Shown: positions 13,995 to 25,469 of the stretch, piece after piece
Layout: each line of letters starts with the position of its first letter
How positions within the stretch are numbered: position 1 is the stretch's first letter
Source of the DNA: Chiloscyllium plagiosum
Lineage: Eukaryota
Assembly (NCBI RefSeq): GCF_004010195.1
Contig: NC_057752.1
Span: forward strand, 8,754,387 to 8,818,386
Length of the DNA stretch: 64,000 nucleotides
Direction: 5' to 3'
Made by a program: the position numbers and the translations under genes
The notes under the pieces: generated by a model
Told to the model about the DNA's origin: nothing
Databases searched by the model: none
What the model saw: the letters and a program-made list of their open reading frames with translations, nothing else

Positions 13995-15325
13995 TATAGA
14001 CCAGTGAGCTTTACTTGAGTTGTGGGTAAAGTGTTAGAAAAAGTTATAAGAGATAGGATTTATAATCAGCTAGAGGGGAATAAGTTGATTAGGGATAGTC
14101 ACTGTTTTGTAAAGGGTAGCTCATGCCTTACAAATCTTACTGATTCCTTTGAGATGGTGACCAAACAGGTGGATGAGGGTAAAGCAGTTGATGTGGCATA
14201 TATATAGATTTCAGTAAGGCTTTTGATAAGGTTCCAAGGTAGGCTATTGCACGAAGTACGGAGGCATGGGATTGAGGGTGATTTAGCGGTTTGGATCAGA
14301 AATTGGCTAGCTGAAAGACGACAAGGTGATGGTTGATGGGAAATGTTCATCCTGGAGTTCAGCTACTAGGGGTGTACCGCAAGGATCTGTTGTTTTGGGG
14401 CCACTGCTGTTTGTCATTTTTATGAAATGACCTGGATGAGTGCATAGAAGGATGGATTAGTAATTTGTAGATAACATTAAAGGTTGGTGGAGTTGTGGAT
14501 AGTGCCAAAGGCTGTTGCAGGTAACAGAGGGACATAGGTAAGCTGCAGAGCCGGGCTAAGAGATGGCAAATTGAGTTTAATGTGGGTAAGTGTGAGATGA
14601 TTCCCTTTGGAAGGAGCAACATCAATGCAGAGTACTGGGCTAATTGTAGATTGTTGGTAGTGTGGATGAGCAGAGAGATCTCAGTGTCCATGTACATAGA
14701 TCCCTGAAAGTTGCCACCCAGGCTGATAGGGTTGTTAAGGCACACGGTGTGTTAGCTTTTATTGGGAGAGGGATTGAGTTTCAGAGCCACAAGGTTATGC
14801 TTCAGCTGTACAAAACTCTGGTGCGGTCACACTTGGAGTATTGCGTACAGTTCTGGTCACCGCATTATAGGAAGGATGTGGAAGCTTTGGAAAGGGTTCA
14901 GAGGCGATTTACTAGGATGTTGCCTGGTATGGAGGGAAGGTCTTAAAGGCCGAGGGACTTGAGGCTGTTCTCATTAGAGAGAAGGTTGAGAGGTGACTTA
15001 ATCAAGACGTATTCAGAGGGTTAGATAGGGTGGACAGATAGCCTTTTTCCTCAGATGGTGTAGCTAGCACAAGGGGACGGTTTTAAGAGGTGATAGATAT
15101 AGGACAGATGTCAGAGGTAGTTTCTTTACTCAGTAGTAGGGGCAGAATGCACTGCCTGCAACAGTAGTAGATTCGCTAACTTTATGGGCATTTAAATGAT
15201 CATTGGATAAACATATGGATGATAATGGAATAGTGTGGGATAGATAGGTCAGAGTAACAATCTGAAGCCTATGGAACCGTCGAGGGCTGAAAGGGCCTGT
15301 ACTGCGCTTTTAATGTTCTATGTTC
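13995..15325 (+). mobile_element. CR1 LINE, 5'-truncated
   Basis: YRPVSLT, SCLTNL, GVPQGS, LYKTLVRSHLEYCVQFWSPHYRKD; tail tgttctatgttc. Confidence 0.93.
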
Positions 15326-15499
15326 ACCAACCCCTTCTCCTTGGTTGTTTTCTTTTGAGATGGCAGCGCAAAGATAAAAAAGGCAAAGAGATTTAAAATC
15401 TTCTAGTGCTGAAACAAGATAAAATTCCTCACACAAATGATTAAAGACCAAATAACAGGAATAAAGTCAGTCAGCCATTAACATGGCTAGAGCTAAGAG

Positions 15500-17040
15500 A
15501 TTCTGGAGATTTTCCCCCAACTGCCTCCAACCTTATAGTCTCCCAACCCCGATCAGCTCATTCCGAAAATCCATAAAATCCACAAACCAGACTGCCCCAG
15601 TAGGCTCATCGTGTTCCTGCCCTACCAAGATCAGTTCCTCCTATCTTGATTCCATCCTCACCACTTGTCCAGAGCCTGCCCACCCACATCTGTGATTCCT
15701 CTAATGCCTCCACCATATTGACAATTTCCAGTTTCCTGGCCCTGTCTCCTGTTCACCATGGATGTCCTCTATACCTCCATCTCCCACCAGGATGGTCTGA
15801 GAGCTCTCGGCTTCTTCCTAGACCACAGGCCTAAACAATCACCATCCACCGCCACTCTCCTCTGTTTGGCTGAATCTGTTCTTACTGAGCAATTTCTCTT
15901 TAATTCATCTCACTTCGGCCAAGTCAAAGAAGTGGCTATGGCTACCCACATGGTAGCAGTTATGCCTGCCCCTTTATGGGGTATGTGGAACAATCCTTGT
16001 TCCAGTCCTACACTGCACATCTACCTCCCCCGACCCCACTTCACAACTCTTCAGTACATCAATGGTTGTTTCAGTGCTGCTTCATATTCCTCCCTGGAAC
16101 TTGAAAAAAAGTGTTCTTTTTGCCTCCAATTTCCACATCATCCATTTACAACACTTCCTTTCCTTGACCTCTCCATCAAGAAATAAACTGCCCACTACTA
16201 TCCACCACAAAGCCACAGACTCCCAAAGCTGCCTTCACGACAGCTCTTCCCACCCCACACCCTGCAACGATGCTATCCCATTCTCCCAGTTCCTTCGCCT
16301 ACGTCATATCTGTTCAGACAATGCCACCTTCCAAAACAGCATTTCCAACATGGCTTCCTTCTTCCATTACAGTGGTTTCCTGCCCACTATGGTTGACAGG
16401 GCCCTCAAACATATCCGATCTATCACCCATGCTTCCGTCCTTGGCCTTTCCCATCACTCAACAGCATGATCAGGTCCCCCTTGCCCTCACTTTTCACCCA
16501 ACCAGCCTCTGCATTCAAAGGCTCATTTCTCACCATTTCAGGCAACTCCAGCAGAACACCACCTCTAAACACATCTTCCCCTCACTCCCCCATCTGCATT
16601 TCACAGGGATTGATCCCTCTGGGAGGCACTAGTCCATTCATCAACCACCAACACAACCACCCCCTTCCCACGTAACTGCAGAAAGTGCAACACCTGCCCT
16701 TCACCTCCTCCCTGCTCATCATCCAACAGCCGAAAAACAGTCTTTTCAGGTGAAGCAGCATTTCACCTGCACTACCTCCAATCTTATTGTATTCGCTGAA
16801 CCCAGTGTGGCCTACTCTACATTGGAGAAACTAAATGCAGACTGGGCGAGCGCTTTGCAGAACACCTCTGGTCCATGCGCAAGCATGACCCCAACTTTCC
16901 CATATTGTAACAGTCATTTTAATACAGCATCCTGCTTGCCATGCCTACTTGTTTGTCCTTGGCATGCTGCAATGCTCCAGTGAATCACAGCGCAAACTAG
17001 AAGAGCAACAGCTCATGTTCAGACTGGGCAGTTTACAACC
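15500..17040 (+). mobile_element. Degenerate Penelope-like element (RT + GIY-YIG); 3' end resumes at about 19400-19800
   Basis: MDVLYTSISHQDGLRAL, LAESVLT, VAMATHM, QYING, AIPFSQFLRLRHICS, GLLYIGETKCRLGERFAEHL (GIY-YIG). Confidence 0.88.
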
Positions 17041-17111
17041 TCATTCATGATGAAGGGCTTTTGCCAGAAATGTCGGCTGTCCTGCTCTTCAGGTGTTGCC
17101 TGACCTGCTGT

Positions 17112-19335
17112 CGAGAATCCAGAAGTATATTCCTGTCAGGGTGAAAAGGAAAGGCCTGGTAGGTATTGGGAATGCTGGATGACAAAAGAAATTGAGGGTT
17201 TGGTTAAGAAAAAGAAGGAAACATATGTAAGGTATAGGCAGGATAGATCAAGGGAATCCTTAGAGTATAAAGGCAGTAGGAGTATACTTAAGAGGGAAAT
17301 CAGGAGGGCAAAAATGGGACATGAGATAACTTTGGTAAATAGAATTAAGGAGAATCCAAAGGGTTTTTACAAATACATTAAGGACGAAAGGGTAACTAGG
17401 GAGAGAATAGGGCCCCTCAAAGATCAACAAGGCAGCCTTTGTGTGGATTCACAGAAAATGGGGGAGATACGAAATGAGTATTTTGCATCAGTATTTACTG
17501 TGGAAAAGGATCTAGACTGTAGGGAAATAGATGGTGACATCTTCCAAAATGTCCAGATTACAGAGGAGGAAGTGTTGGATGTCTTGAAATGAGTAAAGGT
17601 GGATAAATCCCAGGACCTGATCAGGTGCACCCGAGAACTGTTGGAAGCTAGGGAAGTGATTGCTGGGCCTCTTGCTGAGATATTTGTGTCATCGATAGTC
17701 ACAGGTGAAGTGCCGGAAGACTGGAGGTTGGCAAACGTGGTGCCACTGTTCAAGAAGGGTGGTAAGGACAAGCCAGGGAACTATAGACCGGTGAGCCTGA
17801 CGTCGGTGGTGGGCAAGTTGTTGGGGGGAATCCTGAGGGACAGGATGTACATGTATTTGGAAAGGCAAGGACTGATTAGGGATAGTCAACATAGATGTGT
17901 TGTCCCAGTCGAAATGGTGTTTTTTTTCATCAGTGTGTAGGGCTACGAGGGAGAGAGAGGGTAGTGTCTTTTTGTGGCTAGCTGGTGTTCATGTATCCTG
18001 GTGGCTAACTTTCTTCCTGTTTGTCCTACGTAGTGTTTGTGGCAGTCCTTGCATGGAATTTTGTCGGTGACGTTGGTTTTGTGCAAGGACTGATTAAGGA
18101 CAGTCAGCATGGCTTTGTGAGTGGGAAATCATGTCTCACAAATCTGGTTGAGTTTGTTGAAGTAAAAAAAGAGGATTGATGAGGGCAGAGCAGTAGATGT
18201 GATCTATATTTTTGTCGGTGACGTTGGTTTTGTGCAAGGACTGATTAAGGACAGTCAGCATGGCTTTGTGAGTGGGAAATCATGTCTCTCACAGAATAAA
18301 GGGAGAACTAGCCATTTGGATACAGAACTGGCTCAAAGGTAGAAGACAGAGGGTGGTGGTGGAGGGTTGTTTTTCAGACTGGAGGCCTGTTACCAGTGGA
18401 GTGCCACGAGGATTGGTGCTGGATCCTCTACTTTTTGCCATAAATGATTTAGATGCGAGCATAAGAGGTAGAGTTAGTAAGTTTGCAGATGACACCAAAA
18501 TTGGAGGTGTAGTGGACAGCGTACAACAGGATCTTGACCAGATGGGCCAATGCAAGGTGCTGCAGTTTGGGAAGGCAAATCTTAGCAGGATTTATACACT
18601 AAATTGTAAGGTCCTAGGGAGTGTTGCTGAACAAAGACCTCGCAGTGCAGGTTCATAGCTCCTTGAAGGTGGAGTTGCAGGTAGATAGGATAGTGAAGGT
18701 GGTGTTTGGTATGCTTTCCTTTATTGGTCAGAGTATTGATTACAGGAGTTGGGAGGGTATGTTGCGGCTGTACAGGACATTGGTTAGGCCACTGTTGGAA
18801 TACTGCGTGCAATTCTGGTCTCCTTCCTATCAAAAAGATGTTGTGAAACTTGAAAGGGTTCAGAAAAGATTTACAAGGATGTTGACAGGATTGGAGGATT
18901 TGAGTTATAGGGAGGCGCTGAACAGGCTGGGACTGTTTTACCTGGAGTGTCAGAGGCCGAGGGGTGACTTTATAGAGGTTTACAAAATGATGGGGGGTAT
19001 GGATAGCTTAAATAGGCAAAGTCTTTTCCCTGGGGTGGGGGAGTCCAGAACTAGAGGGCATAGGTTTAGGGTGAGGGGAAAGATATAAAAGAGACCAAAG
19101 GGGCAACGTTTTCATGCAGAAGGTGGTATGTGTATGGAACGAGCTGCCAGAGGAAGTGGTGGAGGCTGGTACAATTGCAAATTTAAAAGGCATCTGGATG
19201 AGTATATGAATAGGAAGGGTTTGGAGGGATATGGGTCAGGTGCTGGCAAGTGGGACTAGATTGGGATATCTGGTCGGCATGGATGAGTTGGACAGAAGGG
19301 TCTGTTTCTATGCTGTACATCTCTTTGACTCTATG
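17112..19335 (+). mobile_element. CR1 LINE (about 2.2 kb, 5'-truncated) nested in a Penelope terminal repeat
   Basis: IKENPKGFYKYIK, WRLANVVPLFKKG, NYRPVSLTSVVGKLL, KFADD, 3' UTR with gactctatg. Flanked by tgctgt on both sides. Confidence 0.94.
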
Positions 19336-19399
19336 CTGTGCTTTTTCAGCATCACAGTTTTGATGATAATCTCCAGCATCTGCAGTCCTCACTTTCTCA

Positions 19400-19803
19400 G
19401 AGTTGATTACAGCCTTCTGGGCTCAATATGGAATTCAATGCCTTCAAACTGTGAACCCACTCCTTTCCCTTGTTTAGCTTTGTTTGTTACATTCTAACAC
19501 CCTCTTTCTTTCTCCCCCTCCCCCTCCACCCCAGTAGGACTGTCTGTTCTTTCCAGTCTGGCAGGTAGACCCACCATTGTTCTGTCATTCTCACATTCTG
19601 ATCAGTTATTCTCCACCAGCACTCCAACACATTCCCCCACTATTACACAAGTGCTGCCCCCTCCACTCTTCACATCAGCTGTGATAATGAGTTATCTAGA
19701 CTGGAAATGGTAGCTTGCTCTCCATGGACGTTGCCTGACCCACTGATGTCCAGCATTTTTTGCTTTTATTTCAGTTTCCAGCATCTGCAGTAATTTGCTC
19801 CTA
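19400..19803 (+). mobile_element. 3' end and terminal repeat of the Penelope-like element begun at about 15500
   Basis: LQPSGLNMEFN C-terminal remnant, pyrimidine tract, terminal ...ccagcatctgcagtaatttgctcc. Confidence 0.7.
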
Positions 19804-21639
19804 AAGTGAATCTTGTTTGGATTACTAAACAAAATAGGGAAAGTGGCACCTGTAAATTAGATAGCGAGTCAAATTAACCAGAAGAATTTGAAAGCTACAA
19901 GTCCCCCCCAAAAAAAAGTATCTCAAGTTGAGAAGCAATTCACAACAACTTGCATTTACATAGTGCATTTAACATTATAAAACATTCCAATGATCAATAA
20001 ATCAGAACAAATGCTGGACAAGGAGATGAAAAACTTTTTTTGCTACTAATGAATAGACATGTATGAAGGGGAAATTAAAACCCCAAAATTCAAAAATGGA
20101 TGTCAGAATTGAACATGACTAAAAAGATGAAAACCAAGTCAGTCATTGAGTGTTGCACTGTCACGTATTAGCCCGCAGGATAAAAGGTATTTTAAATATT
20201 ACGAGGCAACTTAAAAAGGAGTTTCAGTGTGAGAAGGTAGTCAGCATTAAGCATCTTTGCTTATTTGGTGGCACTAGTTAGAGCAGAAAGAGGAGTTCCA
20301 AGAATAAAACGATCTGGGGAAGATGAACTTTTGTCAAAATCATGCATTTTGATGTTTTTGCATCTGACTGTTTTTCACCTGTCTTTGCTGAAACGTCACA
20401 AATCTTATTCTGGCAAAGTTTAGTTTTCAACAAAAAAAAATTGAATTGAAACACCTATTGAAGGGACAGAAGAGCTTCAATATCCATGTCAGATTTCAAT
20501 AAACTCACCAATGCAAATAACAGACTGGTCTGCCAGTGCAAACAGGAAGCCTAAACAATCAGATGTAAAAGAATCTGAAATCTCATGTTAAAAAAAAAGA
20601 ATAAGTGCGATGACTACCAAAGATGACAATTAGAAATTATCCTGGTCTGTTGTGGATCTCATTTAAGATCTGGGACAGAACAGATTGCGTGTCATTGGCT
20701 GCATATTGACTCACTACCAGCAGTACAGAGGCACCATTTTATACAGAATATTTTCATTGCAACATTCCAATGCAAATCGAGTCATGTATCAAATCATGAA
20801 AAAAATAGGGGCTTCCAAACCACTTTCTCTTCAAAACAGCATCACCTTTCCTTCCCAGTTGTTGAGAGTTGGCATTTACAGCAGTCAGCAATGTAGTGAA
20901 ATCAAAAACCCTAGACGAAGCAGCATCTTTAAGAGCATGCACGCTGTCACACTAAGGTCAGAGCTCTCCTGTCCAAATAAATTGCGCATTCAATAACTTA
21001 CACCATTCAAAATATTAGGATATATAGACAGATGTTGATCCATAAAAATGTAGAATAACCACAAGCGAATGAGTAGGAAAAACTTGGTATCTAATTAAAT
21101 TACAATTTTGAGGAAAAGCCGCGAAATTAAAGCATCTGAAAACATGATGATACGGGATGGCACTGTTTGATAACATTTTATTAAAATATTCATGTTGCAG
21201 CAGATATCAAAACTCGAAGCAATAAAAATTCTTCAGTCGGACTGACATCGCTGACATGTTCTTGGCCCAGGATTCATCCTCGTCGCCTTCAAGGTTAAGC
21301 TGTTAATGTGCAAGCACTAGTGTTCGTCCACCTCATCTCCCTTTCCCTCGATTTACTGTTCTAAGCCTTTTATCCGGAGTAGCCGCCGGTACTCAGGAAC
21401 GCAGAACATGCACGCAACACACATGACAGAAATATTAAAATGTCACTGCCGCATTGACTGGAATAGTTTTACCTTCACAATGAGGAATGAAAAATATCTT
21501 CAGAGAACGCACACAAGAGCCAACGGAAGCAATCAAATATTAAACATCGTTCATCACATTTTGGAAATAAATTTAATTAACTACAGTCAATCCTACCATT
21601 TATGAACATTTTTTAAAAAGTGAAATATTTAACGTTAAA

Positions 21640-21965
21640 TGAAGAAACACACGCACATCAGACGCTCCAAAGGTCAGGCACGGTACCTGGTAACTGAGGG
21701 CACACTCAGATTCCTGGCTCCCAGCTGGCATGGTTGCTGCTCACAGAAACGCTGCCGATCTTCACTGCTGACTGAAGCTGCAAGCGGTCAGACGGACAAT
21801 TGCGGCCGGGAGGGTCGGAGCGCGTGCTCAGTATAGCCCCCTTACACAGCGCGCGCGCTCCTTACTCGTTCCACCAGCGACACACGCAGCGCGAGTAGCA
21901 TCAGCACCAGCCTTATAACTTCCCTGAGTGGTTAACCGGCTAGGGGAGTCTGCCAATCACCATCG
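21640..21965 (-). promoter_or_regulatory. CpG-rich promoter/5' UTR of the SLC4A8-like gene
   Basis: Local CpG enrichment (gcgcgcgc, cggccgg) in a CpG-poor window; TTATAA TATA-like element at 21913-21918; CCAAT box at 21953-21957; both upstream of the ATG at 21731. Confidence 0.65.
21687..21731 (-). CDS. SLC4A8: First coding exon of a Na+-driven Cl-/HCO3- exchanger (SLC4A8/NDCBE-like); remaining exons not recognised in the window
   Basis: gcagcaaccATG (A at -3) CCA GCT GGG AGC CAG GAA TCT GAG TGT GCC CTC AGT TAC CAG|gtaccg = MPAGSQESECALSYQ, phase-0 donor. Recalled human SLC4A8 start is MPAAGSNEPDGVLSYQ|RPDEEAVVD. Lies in the CpG-rich patch. Confidence 0.8.
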
Positions 21966-22144
21966 TTCATCCTTTAATATGTGCACAGGGGAGGGTTGAT
22001 GGAGAAAAGCAGAGTGTATTTGAGTGATCATCCATCTTCGGTCAAAGTTTTTTTTAAACAAATTGCAGCTGTTGTATTAGTTTTTTTAAAAAAAATACAT
22101 CTAAATTTAATCTCATTATCAAGTCCATCGTTTTATAAAACAAA

Positions 22145-22360
22145 GAACCGTAGATGCTAGAAATCTGAAACAAAAACAGAAAGTGCTGGGAAAACTCAGC
22201 AGGTCTGGCAGCATTTGTGGAGAGAAACAGAGTTACGTTTTGACGCTTCATCAAAACTTCTTTAGGGTTACTGGACCTGAAACATTAATCCTGTTTCTCT
22301 CTCCACAGATGCCGCCAGATCTGCTGAGTTACTGCAGCAACTTCTGTTTTTGTTTCGTCA
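22145..22360. mobile_element. Older palindromic Penelope-terminus mini-element
   Basis: Inverted arms (aaacagaaagtgctgggaaaactcagcaggtctggcagcatttgtggagag / ctctccacagatgccgccagatctgctgagttactgcagcaacttctgttt) around a decayed core. Confidence 0.7.
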
Positions 22361-24949
22361 TTTTATAACCTAAATGTTTAAGACATTTCAACCTGATCGA
22401 AGCATTGTGTTTTGCAAATAGAATCATGTCATAGAAAGAGACAAGGATCACTGACAGGAAGCTAGTCAACTCACCCAGTACACACCAAGTTTTTTTCAAG
22501 AACTACTCAGTATCTCACTTTTTATTTTGCACTGTAGGTGTCTATCAATTCTCTTCTGAAGGCCTTAATTGTACCTACCTTCACTACACTTTCATTTCAC
22601 ATCCAAATCACTCGCTCTTATTTTTAAAAATCCTCATGTCCATGGTTCTTTGGCCATTCAAGTTACATTGGTGTCTTCTGGTTTTCAATCCTTCTGCCAA
22701 TGCAGAATTTCTCCCTCTGGAAGTATGTAAGTAAATGCAATTGTATAATGTAGTGCAGGTAGATTGAACTGTCAAGCAACTTTATAAATACACAAAATAA
22801 TAATGGAATAAACCTCATCATCATGTCAGTTGTATGTAAGACAATATTCTACTGACACTTCTTCCCTAAAAACAGAAACTGTCAAATATTTATTAAATTG
22901 AAACATAGTGGCCCAAAATCATATAAAAAACAACCCTTTATTACACCTAAACCTTACCAAAATGTTCAAACCTAAATAAAGTAAATATCACACTGCTTTG
23001 GGGTTGAGTCTTTGCATCCTGTATGATTGTCTTGGTATTCTCACCCATACCATAAACTGTTCTCAGGGAAGGAATGATCTATTTCTTTTAACTGCATCAC
23101 TGAAGATCAGATATTTTAGCAACTTATTACCTCCCGTTGTATGCCCCAAGTGAATGCAATACATTTTCTTCAAAATAAGGGGGAGATGCAATGGCGGAAG
23201 CTGTGACAGGAGGCAGTGTCCATTAAAATTAAATTAACTTCCAGATTCTTCAGCAGTATATTACATTTTCCATATGTCAAATTGAGAAAGGGCCAAGATC
23301 TATGGTGCAGGACATAATCAAATTTGAAAACAGGAAAAGATAAAATAAATCAGCAGTTGAGTGGCACTAAATTTGGATTTTAAAAATCATGTACACTTTG
23401 GAAGGATGGGAAGGCTGCAACATGTAAGCAGTTTTGAAACATGTGAGGCATTCTGTTACCTGAAGTTGCATTGGTTTATTTCCAAGGATAACATTCAGCT
23501 TTATGTTATTGTCTCAAGTGGTCAATAAGATGAAGTCTATCTTATTACATTCAGACATGATTGAAATAAGTGGCATTGTTTGCCTCAAGTGATTTCAGAA
23601 CATAGTTTTGCTGACTTTCAATGTGACCCTTCAAATTGTTGCAACACCCACCAGACCTTTGGCTAATTGGTTCCTAAATCTAGTTTAATTTTCACATTAT
23701 AAAAGGAAAGTAGGCCTGAAATGCCAGTGTAGCATATAAGCACACAAACATTTAACATTACTTCCATTTAAAATTCCTTCCTTTCCTATCCTAAGAGGTT
23801 TTAGCTGATGTAAACATAAATTGATCAAGTTCTCCTTTAAAGCAAATAAATTAACTTGATAAAAGTAAACCAGATCAGAAATTTAGACAATCATTCATAC
23901 CCTAATATTGCATGGCATAATGTCAGGTCCAACATTCCTTAATTGGCATTGTTGACAATGTAATCACTAACATTGGGATGACTGTCAGTAAAATTACAAA
24001 AAGCACTACACATAGACTCTTAGTTTCCAACTGTTGAGCACACAGCTGTCCTTAACTCTTTAAAGTGTGCATTTTGTTATTCAAAAACCATGTGGAGACC
24101 CCTCACTATCAACTGTCAGACTTGTCCTGAGGTGAGAAAAGAATATCCAATTCCTCAGCAAACCCATTTTCAAAACTCCTCAATGTACATGACTATTGGA
24201 AGATAAATAATGGTTGATCATTTCCACTGGTCAATGAGACAGGAAAGAGGGCATAAATTGAAGGCAATCACAAAAAGAGTTAAAGAGGTTTGAAAGAAAA
24301 ATCTTTATGCAGAGAATGATTAGCATGTGGAATTATCTGCGAGAAGCTTCTGTTGAAGTCAAGTCAGCCAATTTAGTTAAAAGGAAATTAAGTAGGTGCT
24401 TAAAATGGGAACATGAAAGGTTATGACAAGAGAGTAGGACAGTGGGATTAAGCTAGGTGGCTGGATGGAGAAAGCATGGACACAAACACGATGGGCCCCA
24501 TGCCCTGTTTCTGTACTGCAACATCCCTTGTTTTTATAGAAATAACATAGCTGCATGCAACTTTTCTGAAAATAATAATCAAGCTCTTCAGAGATTTTTA
24601 AAAACATATTCTCAATCCCCAGATGAGAGCACTGCTTTATAATCATTTCCAATCTATCATACCATGGCTATATTAATCCGCACATTAGATACTCTTTTGA
24701 CAGAGTTGATCCCTTATGTGCATACAACAGATTGCTTTAGATGTTTAAACTTCAGCTTTCTTTATTTCTTTATCATCTATAAATCACAAAAAGCGTTCCT
24801 TGCAACCACATAGTGACAATGAAGAAGCATTTTAAGCTAACCAATGAAAACAGAAACTTCCAGTCATAGCCAGAATTTTGCAATTTGCTTGGACTGTTTT
24901 GATAAAGAGGTTTTCATGTTGACATCTTCACATTAATCAAGCCTAATGC

Positions 24950-25160
24950 TGGGAATTCTCCTGATGTCTTTGTCAACATCCCAGCTACAACCACTACTAT
25001 CTCAAGTTAATCTGGTCATTTATCCAATTGTGTTTTGGGGACAATGTTAGTGCATAAGGGCTGCTGTGTTTGCCAAAAATAATCACTTTTTAAAAATGGT
25101 TTTTATTGGGTAAAGCAATTTGAGCCATTTCAGAGCCATAAAGCAATATATAAATGCAGG
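24950..25160 (+). mobile_element. Deu-domain SINE remnant (SacSINE1/AmnSINE1-like)
   Basis: tctggtcatt...gctgctgtgtttgcc...gcaatatataaatgcag resembles the recalled Deu-domain and 3' tail. Confidence 0.5.
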
Positions 25161-25263
25161 TATTATTAGTTTCGTTGCTGCTACCCTTCCAAAAGCCATC
25201 TTCAACATGTACAGAAGCTGAGCTATGTATCTCTGCTTCACATTCATTGACTTATTATAAAGG

Positions 25264-25469
25264 AGGAGAAAGTGAGATCTGCAGATGCTGGAGATCAGAG
25301 CTGAAAATGTGTTGTTGGAAAAGTGCAGCAGGTCAGGCAGCATCCAGGGAACAGGAGAATCGACGTTTCGGGCATTGATTCCTGAAGAAGGGCTTATGCC
25401 CGAAACGTCGATTCTCCTGTTCCCTGGATGCTGCCTGACCTGCTGCGCTTTTCCAGCAACACATTTTCA
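25264..25469. mobile_element. Hairpin Penelope-terminus mini-element with 17-bp TSD
   Basis: Near-perfect inverted arms; TSD acttattataaaggagg (25250-25266) / acttataataaaggagg (25469-25485). Confidence 0.85.
25382..25409 (+). ncRNA. Minimal type I hammerhead ribozyme motif
   Basis: CTGAAGA-A-GGGC(TTAT)GCCC-GAAA-CG-TC: CUGANGA and GAAA core, 4-bp helix II, palindromic ACGT helix III, GUC cleavage triplet. Confidence 0.65.

Noticed and set aside
21640..21965. PSMD14 promoter/first exon, expected downstream of canonical TANK
   Set aside because: No MDRLLRLGGG exon found; the exon present encodes an SLC4A8-like N-terminus.
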